A stretch of 64,000 nucleotides of DNA from Phototrophicaceae bacterium. GTDB taxonomy: Bacteria; Chloroflexota; Anaerolineae; Aggregatilineales; Phototrophicaceae. A program made the position numbers and the translations under genes. Every line of letters starts with the position of its first letter. The first letter of the stretch is position 1. The stretch lies in the NCBI GenBank assembly GCA_965205125.1, contig CBDBFY010000003.1, positions 1,240,179 to 1,304,178 of the forward strand, written 5' to 3'. Shown here one piece after another: positions 59,732-64,000 of this stretch. The notes beneath the pieces are model-generated. The model was not told the origin of the DNA, ran no database searches, and was given only the letters and a program-made list of their open reading frames with translations.

Positions 59732-59941
59732 CGTGATTCCGCCTCTGCCATTCGTCGCTGGATTATAACAGCCCCGCAGCGGTGGCGGTAAGGTTCGGCG
59801 GTTTCCTGATCACCTGCCGACGATGAATGTAGGGCTGGTCCGATACTGTGCCCAATGACCCTGTACACACGAAATAGACTCCATATAGCGAATTCATGCT
59901 GGGAATTACGCCTACGCATCACGATCTCGCTACTAGCGACG

Positions 59942-60176
59942 CCCCCCCCCCCCGAAGCGCAGTGTCTACGCGCCCTGATGCTTCGGCTGAGGACAGGACA
60001 GATCTAATACGTATGGCTAACAAAGCGGCGGCCAACAATCACAAGCGTCATAATTGACGAGAACTGTAGGGGCGACCCATTGGGTCGCCCGTAGAACTGC
60101 GCATGATGTGCCGATTTGAACCTGCAATCCAGCCCAACGAAAAACTGTCGTGTCCTCAGGATGCTTCGGGGTGGGG
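59942..60176. mobile_element. MITE-like element: ~30-bp imperfect terminal inverted repeats enclosing ~145 bp that includes a REP unit; left end is a C12 homopolymer
   Basis: The left arm is cccccccccccgaagc...ctgaggacaggacag (59942-60001). The right arm is ctgtcgtgtcctcaggatgcttcggggtgggg (60145-60176). The arms are nested inverted complements. Confidence 0.4.
60065..60090 (+). repeat. REP unit
   Basis: tgtaggggcgacccattgggtcgccc. Confidence 0.85.
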
Positions 60177-60324
60177 TCGATTTACCGGCAACAGCATCAC
60201 ACTACCGGACAAGCCCTACACGTTTTCGCTTCTGCGAGTTGCCCCTTCTGAGCGAGCCTGACCGTTACTTGAGGGCGGCTTCGGCGATATAATCTTCGGC
60301 AAGGCAATCCGTCCAGGAGGCCAC

Positions 60325-61263
60325 ATGCAATATCGAAGACTAGGACGCACCGGCCTGCGCGCCTCCGTCATGGGCATCGGCGCCGGCGGACCCAGCCGGC
60401 TCGGCCAACGCGACAGCGTCAGAACGGAAGCGGAATCGGTCGCGCTCGTCCTGCGCGGCTTGGACGCCGGCGTCAACTTCATCGACACCGCCGAAGCCTA
60501 TCGCACCGAAGAAATCGTCGGCGCCGCCATCGCCCAGCGCGACCGCCGCAAGATCATCATCTCAACCAAGAAACGGCTGCGCGGCGAAAACATCACGCGG
60601 ACGGAACTGCGCGCGGGCTTGCACGACAGCCTGCGCCGCCTCAGAACCGACTATATCGATGTCTACCACTTGCATGGGCTCAAACCCGATCAGTACGACT
60701 ACTACCAACAAGAAATCCTCCCGGCTCTGGAAGACCTGCGCCAAGAGGGGAAGATCCGCTTCACCGGCGTCACCGAAAATTGGAGCGGCGACCTGTCGCA
60801 CAAAATGCTCGCGCGCGCCGTGCAGGACGGCCTCTGGGATGTCATCATGGTCGGCTTCAACCTGCTCAATCAGACCGCCCGCGAGTCCGTCCTTGCCGCC
60901 GCCATCGATAAGGACATCGGCGTCCTGATTATGTTCGCCATCCGCCGCGCCCTCAGCCAACCGGCGAAACTGAAGACGACCATTCAAAACTTGATTGAAA
61001 GCGGCGAAATTGATGCGGAAGACATCAATCGCGAGAATCCGCTCAGCTTCCTGGTCGAGAGCGGCGCCGCGCCCAGCATCGCCGATGCCGCCTACCGCTT
61101 CTGCCGCGATGAACCCGGCGCCCATGTCATCCTCTCCGGCACGGGCAACCCGCAGCACCTTGACGCCAACCTCGCTACATTCGCCCGCCCGCCCCTGCCA
61201 GCGGAAGCCACCGCTCGCCTCAAACGAATCTTCCGCCGCGCCCATTCCGTCACCGGCGGCTGA
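60325..61263 (+). CDS. Aldo/keto reductase
   Basis: MQYRRLGRTGLRASVMGIG, NFIDTAEAYRTEEIVG and DVYHLHG motifs. GGAGG RBS. Confidence 0.9.
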   Translation: MQYRRLGRTGLRASVMGIGAGGPSRLGQRDSVRTEAESVALVLRGLDAGVNFIDTAEAYRTEEIVGAAIAQRDRRKIIISTKKRLRGENITRTELRAGLHDSLRRLRTDYIDVYHLHGLKPDQYDYYQQEILPALEDLRQEGKIRFTGVTENWSGDLSHKMLARAVQDGLWDVIMVGFNLLNQTARESVLAAAIDKDIGVLIMFAIRRALSQPAKLKTTIQNLIESGEIDAEDINRENPLSFLVESGAAPSIADAAYRFCRDEPGAHVILSGTGNPQHLDANLATFARPPLPAEATARLKRIFRRAHSVTGG

Positions 61264-61289
61264 CAATCCCGCTCTTGCAGCGCGTCCAA

Positions 61290-61359
61290 TTGTAGGGGCG
61301 ACTCTGTGAGTCGCCCGTAAACGGCAGGTCCAATTGTAGGGGCGACCTACCAGGTCGCC
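61290..61359 (+). repeat. REP doublet
   Basis: tgtaggggcgactctgtgagtcgccc (61290-61315) and tgtaggggcgacctaccaggtcgccc (61334-61359). Confidence 0.85.
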
Positions 61360-61383
61360 CGCCTCATCGCCTATGAATACAAC

Positions 61384-61402
61384 AAAAAAGAGGCAAGCCT
61401 CT
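61384..61402 (-). terminator. Weak hairpin with T-tract after the TPR-PPC gene
   Basis: The minus strand reads agagg-cttg-cctct followed by ttttttg. The stem is only 5 bp. Confidence 0.3.
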
Positions 61403-61438
61403 CGACTCGCCCCTTAGGGTATTCCTGGATTCTGCGAC

Positions 61439-63163
61439 CTAGTGACCGCAGCCGTAACCGTCGAATTTGGCCACCGACATCGGCGCCGGTTGCGTCACAT
61501 CGATATCGACATTGAGCGTCCCGTTAGAGCCGCCCTCGGCGTGGCTGATCACCAGCGTGTACTGTCCGCTCTTGGCGATCTCGAAGTCGTTGATGACCGC
61601 ATCATACTCGCTGCGCGAAATATCATCGTCGCCGATCAGCGCTTGACCCTCGGGACCGATCAATATGATCAGCGGATCGACGAAACCCGGCTCAACCGTG
61701 TCCACTGCAATATCCAGCCTTTGACCGTGTTTCGCCTCAAAGGGCACACTGTAAACCCAGCCTTCGCGCATCGGCAATTCAAAGCTGCTGTCGCCCTCCA
61801 GCTCGGCGTGGAACAGCGTCCGATTCCGATTCATCATCGCATAGCGATAATAGTCAGCCGCGCTCGCTTCCGGCTGCCCCATCTCTTCATAGGTGATGCC
61901 CCGCGAGAGATACGGCAGCGAGTAGCTTTCGTCCAACTGCATCGCCGTGCTGATATGGCTGATCGAGGCGTCGTACTCACCCATGTAGCGGTAAGTGACG
62001 CCCATCCAGTTCATCGCTTCCGCGTCATGGCGATTGATGTTCAGGGCGCGGCGGAAATTCTCCAGCGCCACCGTATAATCGCCGGACATCAAGGCGCGAT
62101 AAGCATCGGCTTTGAAGCGGGCGCCGTCATTGCCCAAGGTGAACATGCCCGAGACATCGAGGGACACTTCCACGCGGCCCTCGGTGCTGCCGCCCGCATG
62201 CGTCATGACCACGGCGTATTCGCCGCTCACCGGCGCGCGGAACTGCAAATAGCTGTCCCACCATTCGCCCGTGTCATCATTCGCTGTCAGCGGCAGTCCA
62301 TCCGGATCCAAGATCAGGACCAGGGGGTCGGCATCCAGGTCGCGCTGGCTGCTGATGGCGCTGACCACGATCTCTTGATCGGCGCTGGCGGTGAAGGGGA
62401 AGACATAGACGATGCCTTCAGACATCGGCACATCCAGGCTGCCCTCCCAGGCCAGATTGTCATTGCGAATCACGTTCGTCTTGATTCGCTTGATCCACTC
62501 GACATAATCCTGCATCGCGGCGCCCATATCGCCCATCTTCTCATAGACGATGCCACGATTCAGATAAGGATAATCGGCGTCCGGCGCCAGCGACATCAAC
62601 TTGTTGCAGTCGGCCAGCGCGCGATCGAATTGGCCGATCTCGCTGAAAGCCCAGCAACGGTTGTTCAAGGAGGCCAAGTCATCGGCGTCCTGCTGCAACA
62701 CAACCGAATAATCCTGAGCCGCCAGCGCATGCTCATCAATCATGCTGTAGGCATATCCGCGCGCGAAGATCGTATGCAAATCCGCTTCGCCTTCCGCGAT
62801 CAGCGCATCGTAAAGCGCAATCGCCGAGCGGTATTCCTCGTTCGACAAGCTCGACCAAGCCATATTCTTGGCCGCGCTAGCGCTCAAGAAGGCTTGCGGC
62901 ACAGACGCCGCTTCCGCCGCTTGCGCGATGGCTTCCGCCGCTTCCTGCAAAGCCGCTTCCTGCGCCGCAATGATGGCTTCCAACTCGGCAATCACATCGC
63001 TCTTGTCGTCGACTGGCGTCGCCGGAGTCAGGAATCCGATGGTGACCACGACGGCAACCAGCACCAGCAAACCCTCAATGATCAGAGCGCTTGGGCGCTG
63101 GCTGAGAACGCGGTCTTTGATTGAACGCTTGGGAATATCATATTCCGGGTACGGTTTCTTCAT
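61439..63163 (-). CDS. Membrane-anchored protein with TPR repeats interleaved with two PPC (pre-peptidase C-terminal)-like domains
   Basis: N-terminal TM helix (ALIIEGLLVLVAVVVTIGFL). TPR-like stretches (YRSAIALYDALIA, ALADCNKLMSLAPD, ALENFRRALNINRHDAEA). PPC-like motifs are LILDPDGLPLTANDDTGEW...SGEYAVVMTHAGG and ILIGPEGQALIGDDDISRS...SGQYTLVISHAEG. Confidence 0.8.
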   Translation of the reverse strand: MKKPYPEYDIPKRSIKDRVLSQRPSALIIEGLLVLVAVVVTIGFLTPATPVDDKSDVIAELEAIIAAQEAALQEAAEAIAQAAEAASVPQAFLSASAAKNMAWSSLSNEEYRSAIALYDALIAEGEADLHTIFARGYAYSMIDEHALAAQDYSVVLQQDADDLASLNNRCWAFSEIGQFDRALADCNKLMSLAPDADYPYLNRGIVYEKMGDMGAAMQDYVEWIKRIKTNVIRNDNLAWEGSLDVPMSEGIVYVFPFTASADQEIVVSAISSQRDLDADPLVLILDPDGLPLTANDDTGEWWDSYLQFRAPVSGEYAVVMTHAGGSTEGRVEVSLDVSGMFTLGNDGARFKADAYRALMSGDYTVALENFRRALNINRHDAEAMNWMGVTYRYMGEYDASISHISTAMQLDESYSLPYLSRGITYEEMGQPEASAADYYRYAMMNRNRTLFHAELEGDSSFELPMREGWVYSVPFEAKHGQRLDIAVDTVEPGFVDPLIILIGPEGQALIGDDDISRSEYDAVINDFEIAKSGQYTLVISHAEGGSNGTLNVDIDVTQPAPMSVAKFDGYGCGH

Positions 63164-63275
63164 AATTTACCCCCCGCTCTTTCAGCTACCGACCGTTGAA
63201 CAAAACTACTTGACGCTTAGTATACCACATCTGGCGCTACCGTCGTCAAGCGGCATCGCCAGCCCGCTGCCATCC

Positions 63276-64000
63276 TTAACCATCCGCCAGCCCTACGGCT
63301 TCGCCACGCGCCGCATCGCCCCCAAGCAACTCGCGATACTGCGTATAACTCGACCGCGCTGCCGATTGATAACCGAGTGTATCGTATATCGCGCCGATTT
63401 CCAAATACATCTTCGGATAATACGATCCAATCCGTAAAGCCTCCTGAAAATGCGGCAATGCCTTATGGATTTTCCCCTGCGCCACATAGACGCGGCCCAT
63501 GTTGAAGTTGGCCAGCGCATGCGCTTCCTTATATTCCGGCGCGTACTCCAGCGCAAAGCGGCAATACTGCGCCGCCTGCTCATATTCGCCCATTTCCACC
63601 TGCAGCCAGCACCAATTCTCGATCGCTCTCGCGTAATTCGCGCGGTTGCCGGCTCTGCGCAATGCTTGCTCGCAATGCGCCCTCGCCTCGGCGAAGTCCT
63701 TGGTTTCGCCATAAGCCCAACACAAGGCATTGTGCCCATCGAACTCCGCCGGCCGCAGCTCGAGCAGCTTTAGATAATCCGCCTGCGCGCCAGCATAATC
63801 GCCGGACTGCATCTTCACATAGCCCCGCCAGGAATAGCTATCGGCGTCTTCCGGCGCCAGCGCGATCGCCCAAGCGAACATCGCCTCCGCCGCGGCAAAG
63901 CGTCGATCGCGAACATGGTCCTTGCCGCGCTGCTTGATGAATGCCAGCGGTTCCCGGCCGCCCAATCCCTCAACCTCTACGACCGCCGCTTCCGTTGCCG
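63276..64000 (-). CDS. TPR-repeat protein, 5' end probably beyond the window
   Basis: Repeated TPR units (YSWRGYVKMQSGDYAGAQADYLKLLELRP, ALANFNMGRVYVAQGKIHKALPHFQEALRI). The frame stays open to position 64000. Confidence 0.75.
   Translation of the reverse strand, partial: ATEAAVVEVEGLGGREPLAFIKQRGKDHVRDRRFAAAEAMFAWAIALAPEDADSYSWRGYVKMQSGDYAGAQADYLKLLELRPAEFDGHNALCWAYGETKDFAEARAHCEQALRRAGNRANYARAIENWCWLQVEMGEYEQAAQYCRFALEYAPEYKEAHALANFNMGRVYVAQGKIHKALPHFQEALRIGSYYPKMYLEIGAIYDTLGYQSAARSSYTQYRELLGGDAARGEAVGLADG

Noticed and set aside
61442-63124. 560-aa plus-strand ORF
   Set aside because: It is the mirror frame of the TPR-PPC gene, which has clear TPR and PPC motifs and a proper ATG start. 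The plus-strand product has no motifs.
1-64000. Scan for tRNA, rRNA, tmRNA and riboswitch-like leaders in intergenic gaps
   Set aside because: I saw no cloverleaf-compatible segments and no conserved rRNA stretches by eye. This is a weak negative and should be confirmed with tRNAscan-SE and Infernal.

Overview
High-GC chromosomal segment. Gene content and the dominant intergenic repeat family suggest a Chloroflexota-like (Anaerolineae/Caldilineae-type) bacterium, but this is an inference with no database search behind it. I support about 52 CDS.

Core genes: efp, a RidA-family gene, an RluD-like pseudouridine synthase, galE, holB, dnaA, a SpoVS-like gene, tkt, a sugar ABC operon, a sulfatase plus an anaerobic sulfatase maturase, envelope glycosylation genes (GT2 polyprenyl-phosphate sugar synthase, GT-C enzymes, a giant YfhO-flippase fusion), an SPFH/NfeD pair, and several large multidomain membrane or secreted proteins.

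dnaA (34806-36194, minus) sits next to a 770-bp AT-rich non-coding region from which genes diverge. This region is a candidate oriC, but it has no canonical DnaA boxes.

Two accessory regions look AT-richer by eye (GC not computed):
- 1.2-9.2 kb holds two paralogous helical-protein plus HNH-nuclease modules. They bracket a tandem pair of PD-(D/E)XK nuclease plus reader-like-domain genes, an intact IS630 element (TA duplication, -1 frameshift site) and three copies of the rluD 3' end.
- 28.99-31.5 kb holds an overlapping type II restriction-modification pair.

The best candidates for an undescribed system are the tandem nuclease-reader pair (3491-5806) and the duplicated partner-HNH modules.

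Non-coding space is dominated by a REP-like palindrome family (TGTAGGGGCGAC-loop-GTCGCCC) with at least 18 copies. Other non-coding features are a second CTCTGTG...GGTAAAA promoter-like family, a MITE-like inverted-repeat element with a C12 tract, and a CTTGGGATAA motif present as three 21-22 bp phased copies at two loci (upstream of dnaA and upstream of the YfhO-flippase gene).

I found no rRNA, tRNA or CRISPR array by eye. All family assignments rest on motif recognition in the translated ORFs and need HMM or structure confirmation.
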